This document shows, piece after piece, positions 37,990-51,103 of a stretch of DNA of 60,000 nucleotides. The notes beneath the pieces are model-generated. The model had not been told where the DNA came from, made no database searches, and saw only the letters and a list, made by a program, of their open reading frames with translations. Position 1 is the first letter of the stretch. Every line of letters begins with the position of its first letter. The stretch spans positions 24,058,001 through 24,118,000 of the forward strand of contig NC_086109.1 in assembly GCF_963921235.1 (NCBI RefSeq). Direction: 5' to 3'. This stretch comes from Mobula hypostoma. Its lineage: Eukaryota. The position numbers and the translations under genes were made by a program.

Positions 37990-39020
37990 AAACTCAGCAG
38001 CCACTTTGTTTCAGGAATGGAATCTGATGTCGTCTTCTGCTGCTCTAGTCCATCCATTTCAAGGTCTGATGCATTGTGTGTTCAGAGATGTTGTTCTGCA
38101 CACCACTGTTGTAACAGGTCTGATGTCTTATGGTCTTGTAGGAGAATGCGGTTGAGAGGGAATTGGATCAGCCATGATGAAATAGTGGAGCGATCTCAAT
38201 GGGCAAATACCTTAACTCTGCTCCTATGTCTTATGGTCTGGTTAGTTAAATCAATGTCACCTTTCTGACTGGTTCAACATGACTAGCCATCATCTAAGCT
38301 GCATGGGTGTGTGGCCACACAGTAACCAAAATGCTCCATGTACATAGCCTTTATTGCCGTACAACTGGAATGATCTTTTATATAATGTTTCATTAAATTG
38401 CTGCACTGTTTTTGGGCAGTGTAAAAAATGTCCTTCTCAGACCAATAGTTGATCCATGCAGTGAAAAAAAAAATAGACTGAATGTTGCTGGCCATCCTCC
38501 TCTGATCTCCCTCATTAACAAGGCATTTTCACCCACAGAACTGACACTCATTGGATTTTTTTCTGTTGTTTGCTTGCACAATTCTTGTAAACTCTGGAGA
38601 CTGCTGTGTGTGAAAATCCCAGAAGATCAGCAGTTTCTGAGATTCTCAAACTACCCCGTATGCACCAACAATCATTCTAAACTTAAAGTCACATTTCTTC
38701 CCCATTCTGATGTCTGGTCTGAGCCACAGCTGAACCTCTTGACCATGTCTACATGCTTTTATGCACAAGTTTCTGCCACGTCATTGGCTGATTAGATATT
38801 TGCATTTACTTATGTATCTATAGAGATACAGCGTGGAGAAGACCCTTTCAGTCCTTTGCACCACACTGGCTCAGCAACCCCCATATACAATTAACCTTAA
38901 ACTGATAAGGGGGCAATTTACAGTGACCAATTGCCTGGTATGCCTTTGGACTGTGGGAGGAAACCAGAGCATTAACAAACAGGTGAATAGGTGTACCTAA
39001 TATTCTGGCCACTGAGTGTG
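37990..39020 (-). mobile_element. Third copy of the Tc1-like element, interrupted by CR1-tail and SINE fragments
   Basis: Shares ctcattaacaagg...gtgtgaaaatcccag...cattctgatg with 35601-36116; end gtgtacctaatattctggccactgagtg. Confidence 0.75.
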
Positions 39021-41838
39021 TGTATATGTATATATGAGGGGGAGGGGGCTGGCGAGGTAGTGAGAGATAATGAGGCTGCCATTCAGTGGCTCCCAGATCA
39101 GAAGTCCAACCTGCTCCTTACTTTATTGCTTTCTTTTACTGAGTACCATTCACTTCTCAACGGAGCCACCATTCCGTATCCCTAAGAGGATTACTCACAG
39201 ATGGGAGGTAATAGTGATGTCGTGAATACTCGCTGATCTCCCCCCCCCCCCCGCAGTACAGTCGAGGCAAATCCCATTGCACGATGAACCAAGACAAACA
39301 GAACCTTTTATATTAGAATAATGATATTGAAATAGGGCATCGAAAAGTAGAGTAGGAAAAGGATGTACCGGGAAGAAAATTAAAATGAACAGAGCAAAAA
39401 GGGGGAAAGACAAGGGGAACACACTTCGCTGTGGAATCCCCGGCGCAGGCTATAATTTTCTTTGGAAATTCGGTGACATCCCACACTTCGATATAAAACG
39501 TATTTCTGTTTGTCTTCTGCTAAAAGTTACGACGGTAGGGTTAGGAACACTGACATTGGGAGAAAAAGAGCAGCAAGGCTGAGAGGGAGTTGGAAAAAAA
39601 GGAAAGGGAAATAAATGGGAAACAAGAGTTAAGGAACGCTAAGGAAAGGAAGATTGAACCAAAATGTGCGATTAAAATAACAACATGGGGATGGGGGTGA
39701 AAGATAAAAAGAGAGAGTGAGAGAGAAAGGATAGAGAGAGAGAAGCGATATACTGAGGAGATAGAAAGTTAGAAAGAAGAGTGGACTGCAGAGATGGAGA
39801 GATAGAAGATAACAGCAAAAGACAGGTACGGCGATGTGAGTGAGAAGATATCGCATTTGAGATAATTTTAGAAAGAAGAATTAGTCGGTGGAGTTGTAGG
39901 AAGTTGTGGAAATGCGTTATGCGTGCGTACCTGTCTAAATGCAAATGCGGCGTGTGTTTGTGCACACCTGCCCTTGCCTCTGACCGTCTGCGAGGGTGCT
40001 GAATGAGGCCGGGTTGCCTTTGTATTTTTTTTTTGCAACGACTACTCTGAATGGGGACCAGTACCAGGAGCCGGAGAACGAGCAATAGCTTGCGGAATAA
40101 ACGGACAAGCGCGGAGAGTGTGCAGAAGAGGGAGAAGATCTTGTAAATGTGAACAGCCCATAAACACAGCGAACAAGGCAGGAACTGGAACAAATTGGTA
40201 CATTGGCAGCAACAGTAGCGTCGCGTTAATTTGCCTTCACTGCTAGTCTGCCTGAGAACTAAATGAAAGCATATAATTAATTGCTCTCCTGCTTCCCATT
40301 TTCCACTGACAACCCATAAATTTTATTTTATACACACTTTCATTGACATTTTCAAGTTTCAGGCATAATAATTACCAGAATATAACACCTTCATTTTGTG
40401 GTAGCAGTAACTGGCTGATTGACGAGTAAGTTGAATAAGGTGCAGTAAAAAGGTTGATGGCATTAATTGCTCCTATAATCTAATATCGCAAAAGGCAGGA
40501 GAGGGGGAAGAGAGAGCGAGAGAGAAGTGACACGCAGTTCGAGTCTCCGCAATCCGACACCACGTTTCCACAAAAACACTGAAACAAAGCGCAACCGTCC
40601 TCCTCTCAAAATAACGTCGCGGCTTGATCATTGCCACGCAGTGAGACCTAGTGCTCGGGAATCGACCGTTTCGTTTTGAGATGCTTTGTTCATTTTACAG
40701 TCAGCGGTTTGGCCATGAGTATCTCGACTTTACTCGGACCTAATTAGCAAACTGGGACCCCAGTGTTTCCTTTCGCTGCCACGGACGATGTGGAGTCGCT
40801 AACTCTAGTCTAGTCGCTTTAGTTCAGCCAGCTAACCCGGTTAGCTGAGCTCACTCGGAACACCCTCCCCACCCCCCCGACACTTTCACTCCCCAACTCC
40901 CAAACGTCATCTCGAATCATTTTAAAAGCAGAGGAAATTCGAAAAGTTGAAGGAAAACCAAAAAGAAGAATCCCAGGTGGTTTCCCCGCCCGATGTCCAG
41001 CACATTAATCCTAGATTTCTGGGGATTCCAGAACAACCTTGATAGGTTGGTAAACTCTAGCTGATACTCAGTCAGGAGAACTAAACTGTGTCACATGAGC
41101 TCTCGCTGCGGCTGGATTCTGAGCAGGGGATGGATGGGTGTGTGTTCTCCGAGGATCGTCACCTTGTACCCGGGATTAAGTCCCTTGGCCACCAGCAAAT
41201 TGCGAAGGGGGGCAGCATTATGAGGTCTGGAAACCCCTCAGAATAAATGGATTCGGGGTCGGCTTCGCAACCACCTGAATACCCACCAAAAGACAAGTCA
41301 GTTGGAGAAGCCATGTATGAGATTCAATCACCAGCCTGCGAGAAGCGCGGGGACGAGCTCAGCCTTGGCACTGAAGCTCACGGACTTCACACAGGAAGAA
41401 CCGCCAACAGGGCCGACATTAATGGGCCATATCTTCCATCAGCATCGGGCAGACAACAGCGAAGGAAAGAGGGCGATGCAGGGCGCAAAAGAGTCTTCCA
41501 GTGCAGTTTGTTATCTCCTTTTGAGTCACTGAAGTCCATGTACATTGGTGAGGTGTTAGCATCCGCGCGTGTTAATTACTGAAGACGTGAGTTATCCAGA
41601 AGTAAGTTAGAGTTGTAGGGATGCACGCAGGCCTGTGGGAATGAAAACACCATTGTTTGAGACTGGCTCAGCGTGCGTCAGAGACGGTGAGAGTCACAGT
41701 GGGCCTGAGCACGTGGCGCAGGTATTTGGGAGCGGCAAGTGATTGAAAGTGATGGCAAGCACACAGGAGGATGTGCATGTGATATAGGGGGTTGGCAGTT
41801 CCAATATATTTATAAATCGTATCACAGTGACTATACTT

Positions 41839-42000
41839 AAACACGAGAAAGTCTACAGATGCTGGAAATCCGAAGCAACATACACAAAATTCTGTAAGAA
41901 ATCAGCAGATCATTCAGAATCTATGGAAATGAATGGATAGTCGACGTTTCGGGCCGATACCCTTCTTCAGGACTGAGGAGGAGGGGTGAAGATGCCGGAA
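41839..42000 (-). mobile_element. Short Penelope terminal-repeat fragment
   Basis: aaacacgagaaagtctacagatgctggaaatc terminus as at 3972; contains the hammerhead motif. Confidence 0.8.
41939..41975 (-). ncRNA. Minimal type-I hammerhead ribozyme motif (Penelope type), catalytic core intact
   Basis: Minus strand reads cagtc-CTGAAGA-a-ggg tatcgg ccc-GAAAC-GTC-gact: stem I agtc/gact, stem II ggg/ccc, palindromic ACGT in place of stem III, GUC cleavage triplet. Activity is untested. Confidence 0.7.
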
Positions 42001-43084
42001 TCACGACTAAACTTGTAGAAGGGCAAGCCATTTCACACAGAATTGAATTGAGATACTTTTTCTGTCAGAAAGAATTTCACAGTTTCGCCTCTTTATCACA
42101 GAAAGTAGATGACACCAGATTACTAAATATTTACAAGTCGGAGTTGTGCATTCAAGGCTAGGGTCGGGTACTGTTCTTAGACTATTTAGCCTTCCGAGGG
42201 AATCAAACGATATGGAGAGAAAGGAAACACCCATTTGCAGTAATCCTACTCTAATTCCAGTATATACTCCCCATGTTTCCATCGACTCCCCTCAGATTCC
42301 ACCACTCACCTGCACACTAGGGGCAATCTACAGCGGCCCATTAAACCTATCAACTCGTACGTTTTTCAGACGCGGAAGAAACAAGAATTTGCAAAGAGGT
42401 CACCCGCGGTCCTGACAGCCCAGGTCATAGGAGCTGTGGGGTGGCAGATCCACTAGCTGCGCCGCTGTATTTTTTTTCCAAATTTACATTCTGGGTGATC
42501 TTGACAAATGGCAATTCTGACCGGGTTGGAAAATGAGCCATAGGGTCGCCAAACAATTCTGCACGTGACAACGTATCTTGCAGTGACGAATGACAATTCG
42601 CTATTAGAATAATCCGATAAACCCAGCAGCTAATTCGCCAGCAAGAAGCATCTACGAACAATCCTTCCTCGGGACCACACTGAAGCGTCACGAATCTAAA
42701 GCGGGAATTCAAAGCTTTTTGATTGGCTTCTGTAAGCATAACCTCCTCCGCCTCAGTTTATGGGGGTAGTCTGACACAGACAACATGGGGAACCACAGAC
42801 CTTTCCGGTCTAGAGGTACAAGAGGCAGCAGATACTGGAACTCAGTGGGTCGAGTAGTGTATGTGTGTGTGTGTGTGGGGGGGGGGAGGTCTAATAATTA
42901 TCGACGTTTCGAGTCGAAACCCTGCACCGGGATTTTTTTCTCTCTCCATGCACCAGAGGGGAGTTAGAGCGATCAGTAACAGAGGAAGGCTCTTAGATGG
43001 CGCGATTTTACTATGCTGCTAATTTATAGAGGCTCAAAAAGTTCCTACAAAACCCCGACCTTCCGGGGTTGCAAGTTTCTCCGT

Positions 43085-43330
43085 TAAGCAGGAATTTACA
43101 GTCTAAATTCTGCCGCTGTCAAATTGACAGAATTTTTGCTGATGCCTGATCTCAGCACCTATTATCATCTATTTCACCATTAAAAAAAATAATCTCTCAG
43201 AATATTATCCGCACAAAGCCTCTCCCGCCATTAAACCTGTCAATTAAACCTCCTGTTAATGGAGCCACAACTTCCAACTGGATTAGTCGCTTTTAGCAAT
43301 TTAACAGTTATCTGAAGCGATCTTAGAAAC
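43085..43330. promoter_or_regulatory. Candidate conserved non-coding enhancer with TALE/homeobox sites
   Basis: Inverted TGACAG pair ctgtcaa-a-ttgacag (43116-43130), ctgtcaattaa (43237-43247) and several TAAT/ATTA sites in unique sequence. Confidence 0.5.
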
Positions 43331-45519
43331 TAATGCTCCGTTTCAAGGGACGTTAAAAGGTCGAACTTTCGAAACCTCACTGGCTAAATAGGTAAATACA
43401 CACCGTAGCCACAATCTCCCCACAAATGAGTTTGGGTATTAGCGGAGACCTCCGTCCGTTAGGTGGAGAGTGTGACTGGTGAAATCACTTTCCCGTTATC
43501 TCTGCATTTACGCAGATAGAGTGATGTCAGGGCTGGGCTGAGTCAAATCCACGTATACGTAGCATGGGTAAGTGTTGGTGAGATATTGAACTACGAAGGG
43601 CACCGCAAATAAATTTAATCTAATCTTCCCTAGGCGTCTACGGACGTGGGACACTGTATCTCCCAGCAATAAGTGCACAATAATTAATAGCGAGAATCCC
43701 GATCTGTTTTCATCCCCTTACCAAACTCTCGGGCATCAAATTTGTGAGTTTGCCTCGATGATGTGACTCGACGCGGTGGAACCAATACGGGTTAGGGCTG
43801 ATGTTGGGGAGCAATCGATTTTCCTGGACCCACCGTTCATAGCAACGTAAAAACGGGAATCAAAAGTTTTATTCTATGTTTTGAAAGAGGGAAAATACAC
43901 ATGGGAGAAAATATAGGGAATGGGGTTGGATGAGAGGAAGGGGAGGGAATGATCATCATCGCATGACTGTGCCATGGGAAACTAGGAGAAAGAGTGAGCA
44001 AAGTGGATTCCTGTAGGTGAGACACAGTTAAGAGAGGTTTGGATAAATACAAGAATGGGCGAGGTTGGGAAGGATATGGTTCAGGCAGGTATATGGGACT
44101 AGGCGCCAGACCAGGTCGGCCTGAACTAAATGGGCTTAAAGGACTGTTGCAGTACTCCAGTATTCTACATCTATAGAAACCGGCAGGTACCTACTGAACT
44201 AGAGTAGACAATTCTTCACCTCCCGTTCCTTCATAACTGTGCCCCCGCTACCTGCATTTTAGAGAGAGCCTGCCCGCTTTCTCCGTGCCCCTAAGAGAAT
44301 AGTGACTCTGTGGTCAGCGAACGCCGATGTTCTTTCATTTATCTTTACAGTGGGGTTGATTATTACGGTACACTTTCACCTTGCATGACCTGACAGTATT
44401 GTGTTGGCCTCCACTAATGTCCCGCTGCATCGTGAAAACACCAAAGGGAATAAATAACTAATACTGAACAAACATTCGTTCTCATTGTAAAATGCATAAT
44501 TAAAATGAGAGGTAATTATCGAGTACTCATTAAAACAATGCTAATTAAGCTACATGAGTGGCCTTTATTCAATTAACACACACAACAAACAGTGTTTCCA
44601 AACCACTTAGCATATACACTATTAGATTATTGTCGCATATTCTTCTCATTTATATTCTCTTTAGCTAATCCCAGAACCATTATTGAAACAAAGCGCGTGG
44701 CTGGGGGAACAGCAAGTCTCGGAAACAGCTTCGCAGCGAGCTCAAAGCTAAAGGACGGACAAGAATGGGACTGAGCATTTCAAATTGGACTCTAATGAGA
44801 AGACATCCGCGCTGCCTCTGAAGACTTTGTAGAGTCATTAAGATGCTTGTGGCGTGGCCGGAGTCACTGACGAGGTTTCTTTAATTGACAGAGGTCAAAC
44901 TCAATACTGCGCAGAAGAAAAGCGAGAGCTAAAATAGATTTACAAAGCCGTGCCGTGTGGCGCGCTGTAAAACTGAGTAATTACAATGATTGTTTGAAGA
45001 GCCTCTGAAAACTGATTTAATAAAAAAAGAGGAAAGAAAGTTGGAACAGTGTCCCAGCGGCGCACGCGGGTGCAAAAATGCTTTGTCTTCACTTGCTGGA
45101 GGGATGATAGACATGCCCATTACACAAGGGGTTGAAAACAAGATAACAGCCACATTCCACACCCATGCTTCCCCCCCCCCCCCACCCACTCACGCACCCT
45201 GCAACTTCCAGCCTTCATCTTATTGTCCTGTCGATGAGCTCACAGTCGGAAAATCCATGGCTCTTTTCTTCCCTTGAGGCCAAACTGCAGCTAGAGTCGC
45301 AGTCGGCTATGACCCACTCTGATGCACGAAGTTGGTCGGGGTTACTCGAATTCTGTCTCGTATTTCCTCTCCCTCCAAACTATCCGGCATTCACACACCC
45401 TGGGCTCACGATGTGAACCTTTGCCCCTCAATGGGTGCTTGACATTTGTCCCTTACACGTCGCAAGCCCTACTCCACATGCACTGAATTCTGTTCTGTTT
45501 CCGCTCGACACAAGAAATA

Positions 45520-47480
45520 GAAAAAGGATAGGCCATTTGGCCCCTTAAACTTGCCCCCCCGTTCTGTTTTGCCACTTCCCAGCATAAGTCCCATATCCCT
45601 TAATTTCCAAACAATTTCCTTCTTAAATGTACTGTGATTTCTTCAGAATAAGGAATTCAAAAAGTTTACCACCCTCTTAAGATATTTCAGTCCAGCTCTG
45701 TTCTGAATGGCTAACCTCTCACTTTGAGGCCATATCTACCTTATTTCTAGATACACCAGACAACAATCATCCCTGCATCTCACCTGAAAAGTCCCTTATG
45801 AAACTCAAGTGTTTCAATCAGATCATTTTTAATTCCTCTGCAGAGAGTATAGGCCCAATTTGCTTAATCTTTCCTCATACAACTGGTTTGCCTCTTCTAA
45901 TGAACCTTCACTTAACATCCTTTACCATAAGTATATCCTCCCAATAGCAAGTAAGCTAGAACTGTAAATAATATTCCAGATATGATCTCACAGGGTCACT
46001 ACAAAATTGCAGCAGGTCACTATGTAGCTCATATCCTTTTGCAATAATGGCAACATACTAAGTTCTTCCTATGTGCATATTTTTTTCAATAATTTAACTT
46101 CAGTGATTCAGGTACAAGGATTCCGAAGTCCCTTAGCACCAATACCTGTCAGTCTTTGCAGAAAGTGCAGATGCAGGAAATCTGAAATAAAACAGAAGAT
46201 CATAGAAACTCATAGGTCAGGTCTCATCTGTGGAAAGAGATACAGTTAACCATCTGAATCTGGAAACTTTCATCAGAGCTTTGTCCTCTCATCATAAAAG
46301 AAAAACTACTTTACCTTCCAACATTTAACCAACATTGATTATCTCATTTTTCTACATTATATTATATCTGACACATCCTTGTCCATTCATTTAACCTGCC
46401 TTCATCCCCATGAGCTTCTCTACATCCAGCTGACAATCAATATCACCACCTAGCATTTTAACATGAACAAACTTGGATATATTACACTTGATCCTCTCAA
46501 ACAACTGAGTGATTGAGATTGTGAAGAAGTGAACAATTAACTCCCTGTGGCACTCCACTAGTCATAACCTTCCAACTTAACAATGACCAGTTTACTCCTA
46601 TTCTGTTTTCTGTTAATTCACCAATGCACATTCCAAGAAAGAACATTACTTTTAGTACCATGCAGCTCATTTTATTTAATAATATTATGGGTGGCATGAT
46701 ATCAAACTTCTTCTGGAAGTACAAATATAAGACCATAAGACATAGGAGAAAAATTAGGCATTTTCCATCATAGTTAGTTTATTATTCCTTCTCCTCATAA
46801 CCTAATCAAGAAATTAACCTCTGCTTTAAATACTCCCAATGACTTGGCCTCCACATTCATCTGTGGCAATGAATACCACAGATTCGCCACCCTCTGACTA
46901 AATAAATACCTATTCATCTCAGTTCTAAAAGGAAGTCCTTATATTCTGAGGCTCTGACCTCTGATTCTAGACTCTCACACTACCGGAAACATTCTCTCTG
47001 TGTCAGCTCTATCCAGGCTTTTCCATATTTGGTAGCGTTCAATGAGATTCCCCCCTCATCCTTCTGGACCTGTATAGAGCCATTACATGCTCAGCATATG
47101 TTAATCATTTCATCCCCAGGAACACTGTTGCAAAACTCCTCTGGACACTCTCCAATGTCAGCACATCCTTCCTCAGATATGCAGCCCAAAACTGTTCACA
47201 ATACTCCAAATGCGATCTGGCCAACACCATTGTTACTGCAAAGTAGGTAGTTTGTCAACCATAACCTTCCTGCTCATGACAAACTTATGCTCTAACATGC
47301 ACCAAATATTTTTCCTTTCTCAGAATAAATGTTGACTACACATAATTCTATTATTTTTGAAGAAACTTTTTCCCACTTGTTTAATAACAGATTAACAGAT
47401 TTCTCTTCTACTGATGTCATTGCTCCATCCTTTCTCAAAACAGCAGCGTTACATTTGTAACGTTTCAATCTGCAGGAATC
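45520..47480 (-). mobile_element. Old CR1 with nested Penelope-end (~46160-46280) and younger CR1 3' (~46730-47230) insertions
   Basis: Minus-strand WKVMTSGVPQG; inner ccataagacataggag tail. Confidence 0.7.
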
Positions 47481-47489
47481 ATTCTAAAC

Positions 47490-47567
47490 CAGGGTCCCAA
47501 CCTTTTTTATGCTATGAACCAATACAATTGATTAAGGGGTCCATGGACCCCAGGTTGAGAACTCCTG
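47490..47567. mobile_element. ~80 bp hAT/Charlie-like MITE
   Basis: cagggtcccaacct...aggttgagaactcctg with 8-bp TSD ttctaaac/ttctaaag (7/8 match). Confidence 0.85.
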
Positions 47568-47909
47568 TTCTAAAGTCTGTGGGATTTTGGAAGTGCATCC
47601 TTTGAGTGCATTGTATTTCCAGCTGACCATCTGCAAATTATTCTGCTGTGATCCTGCTAAATCAAGTTGGCATTAAGCGGCAATGGGAAATGGAGCAGGA
47701 TGGAATGGTTGTCACCTCATTCATGGTAACAAAGCAGCTAGCACAATGCTTTACAGAGCCAGCTATAAAATCGGGGTTTAATTCCCAGTGCTGTTTGTAA
47801 GGAGGTTTTGCATTCTCACTGTGCTTGTGCAAGTTTCCTCCTGCATCACAAAGATGTATGAGTCAGGGTCAGTAAGTTGTGGGCTTGCTGTTTTGGTGCT
47901 GGAAGCATG

Positions 47910-50360
47910 TCATAGAGTTATAGAACACTACAGCACAACAGCGGGCCTTTCAGCCCATCAAGCCCATGTCAAACCATTAATCTGCCTAGTCCCATTGACC
48001 TGCACCTGAACCATAGACCTCCATATTCAAGAACAGCTTCTTCCCCTTTTCCATCTGATTTCAAAATGGGCATTGATTTTTTGCATTACTTATTTTTACT
48101 TAACTATTTAACAGACACATGTAACTGAATTACATTAAACTGACTTAATGTAGCTCAGTTTTTTCTCTATATTTATGATCTATTTCATTGTACTGCTGCC
48201 TTAAAGTCAACAAATTTCATGATATATGCTGGTGACATTACACCTGATTCAGATTCAGATTCTGATACCCCTTCCATCCATGTACCTATCCAAATTTATC
48301 TTCAATGTTGTAATGGAGCTTGTACGCGTCTCTTGCACTGGCAGCACATTCCACACTCTCACGAACCTCTGAGTGAAGAATCTTCCACTTATGTTACCCT
48401 TACAAGTTTCACCCTTCAACCCTAACTCATGATCTCTGATTGTAGTCTCATTCAACCTCCATGGAAAAAGCCTGCTTGCATTTACCTTACCTATACCCTC
48501 GTAATTTTGTATATACCTATCAAATCCCACTCAATCTTCTATGTTTCAAGGAATAAAGTTCTAACCTATCCAACCTTTCCCTATAACTCAGGTCAAGTTC
48601 CGCCAACATCCTTGTAAATTTTCTCGGCATTCTTACAAATTTATTTCTATGTTTCCTGTAGTTAGGTGACCAAAACTGCACACAATACTCCAAATTTGGC
48701 TTCACCAACACATTATGCAATTTCAACATAACATCCTAACTCCTATACTCTGTACATTGACTTATGAAGGCCAATGTGCAAAAAGCTTTCTTTACGAGTC
48801 TATCTACATGCAATGCCACTTTCAATGAATTATGGATCTGTATCTTCAGATCCCTCTGTTCTACTGCACTCCACCATATAAGACCTACCCTGGTTGGTCC
48901 TCCCAAAGTACAACACCTCACACTTGTCTACATTAAATTCCATCAGCCATTTTTTAGCCCATTTTTCCAGCTGGTCCAGATCCTGCTGCAAGCTTTGATA
49001 GTCTTCCTTGCTGTCCACTACACCCCCAATCTTGATGGCATCCGCATATTTGCTGATAAGTTTACCATATTGTCATCCAAGTCATTGATATAGATGACAA
49101 ACAACAATGAGTCCAGTGCCATTCCTGCAACAAGCTACTACTCACAGGCTTACAGTCATTGAGGCAAACATCCACAGCCAGTCTCTGACTTCTTCTGCGA
49201 AGTCAATTTCTAATCCAATTTACTACCTCATCTTGAATGCCAACCGACTGAACCTTCTTGAGCAAGTTCCCATGTGTGACCTTGTCAAAAGCCTTGCTAA
49301 AGTCCATGTAGACAATGTCCACTGCCTTGCCTTCATCAACTTTCCTGAAGACATCCTTGAAAAATTCCGTAAGATTGGGTAGACACAACCCACCACACAC
49401 AAAGCCATATTGATTATCATTCATCAGTCCCTATCTATCGGAATACTTATATATCTGGTTTCTTAGAATACCTTCCAGTAATTTTACCACTACTGATGTC
49501 AGGCACATTGGTTTATAATTTCCTGGATTATTTTCAGGGCCTTTCTTAAACAACAGAACAACATTAGCTATCATCCAGTCCTCCGGCACCACACCCAGGG
49601 CTAAGGATGTTTTAAATATCTCTGCTAGAGCCCCTGCAGTTTCTGCACTAGCCTCTCACAGGGTAGGAGGCAACACCTTGTCAGGCCCTGGGGATTTATT
49701 CACCATAATTTGCCTCAAGACAGCAAACACCTCATCCTCTGTGATCTGTGTAGGGTCCAGGACCTTGCTGTTGCTTTGCCTCACTTCTGGAGACTCTGTG
49801 TCCTTCTCCTGAGTAAACACAGATGCAAAATAATCCATTTAAATCTCCCCCATTTCGTTTTGTCCCTTGCTATCGTTTTGCTCTATAGAAGCCCATAGCA
49901 TTCTCGTTCACCTTGTCTGTGAGAGCAACTTCATGCCTTCTTATAGCCCTCCTGACTTCCTTCTTAAGTGGTCTATTGCATTTCTTAGACTCCTCAAGTA
50001 CTTCAAGTGTTCCTAGCTGTCTATAGCTGCTATGCACCTTCTTTCTTAACCAGGGCCACAAAAACCATAGTTCCCTAAAACTGTTATTCTTGCCTTCATT
50101 CTGACAGTAATCTTAAAATTTCACTTTTGAAAGTCTCCCACATACTAAGTACAGCATTGCCAGAAAACAACCTGTCCCATATGTTCCAGATCCTTTCTGA
50201 TACCATCAAAATTGGCCTTTCTCCAATTTAGAATTTCAACCCAAAGACTAGACCTACCTTTAACCATAAATACTTTGAAACTAATGGCATTATGATCCCT
50301 GGATGCAAAGTGTTCCCCACACAAACTGTTGTCACGGCCCTGTCTCATTCCCTAATAGGA
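47910..50360 (-). mobile_element. CR1 LINE relic (~2.2 kb) with a Rex/Babar-type 3' fragment inserted at ~48025-48265
   Basis: [69 protein letters not shown]. Confidence 0.9.
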
Positions 50361-51103
50361 ATCATGGTAACACCTAAGGGCTGTCCCAGCTCATCCTGGA
50401 CACAAGCAACACATTTCACTGTATGCTTCGATGTACACGTGACAAATAAAACTGATCATTATCTTTATTCTCCCATTTCCTTTCAATAATCTGGCATTTA
50501 AGTTTGTGCAGACTGGTTTTCCTGGATCTCCCATCACCCATACTAACTGAAATGTTTTCCAGCCTGGTGTGTGGAAGACAAACTATAACAATTCCCGAAT
50601 GCTGAAACATCAGCCTTCATGAATGGCATCAAGTTAATGATCTAAGCAGCTGAGATTCCTGCTTTCCTACAGGGTTTGAAAGCCCAGATTATTGAGGTTA
50701 TAAAACAAAGGAGCATAATTAGGCCAATAGGTCCATTGAGTCTGCTCTGCCATTCCATGATGGCTGATTTATTATCACTCACAAACCCATTTTCATGCCT
50801 TCTTCTTGTAACCTTTGATGCCTTTACTAATCAAGAATCTATCGAACTCTATTTTAAATATACCCAAAGACTTGGCAATGAATTCCACAGATTCACCACC
50901 CTCTGTCTAACAAAATCCCCTTCATTCTGTTACTTTGGGATGTCCTTGTCCTCTCTTCCTAGACTCTCCCACTAATAGAAACAGCCTCTCCACATCCACT
51001 ATATCTAGGCCTTTCAATATTCATGGGTTTCAATAAGATCACCCCCCCCATTGTTCTAAACTCCAGTGAGTACAGGCCAAGAGCCATCAAATACTCCTCA
51101 TAT

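Larger units (their letters stand above)
39200..45500. promoter_or_regulatory. CpG-retaining, repeat-poor intronic block (candidate internal promoter/enhancer cluster)
   Basis: CpG is visibly frequent relative to the flanks, TE fragments are few and short, and TAAT/TGACAG-rich unique segments are interspersed. Not quantified. Confidence 0.55.

Noticed and set aside
39672..40193. 173-aa minus-strand ORF
   Set aside because: TTG start, no recognisable domain, and the C-terminal half is translated low-complexity CT-rich sequence.
40829..40847. 9-bp inverted repeat cagctaacc-c-ggttagctg
   Set aside because: Single short palindrome of a size that can arise by chance in 60 kb; no supporting context.
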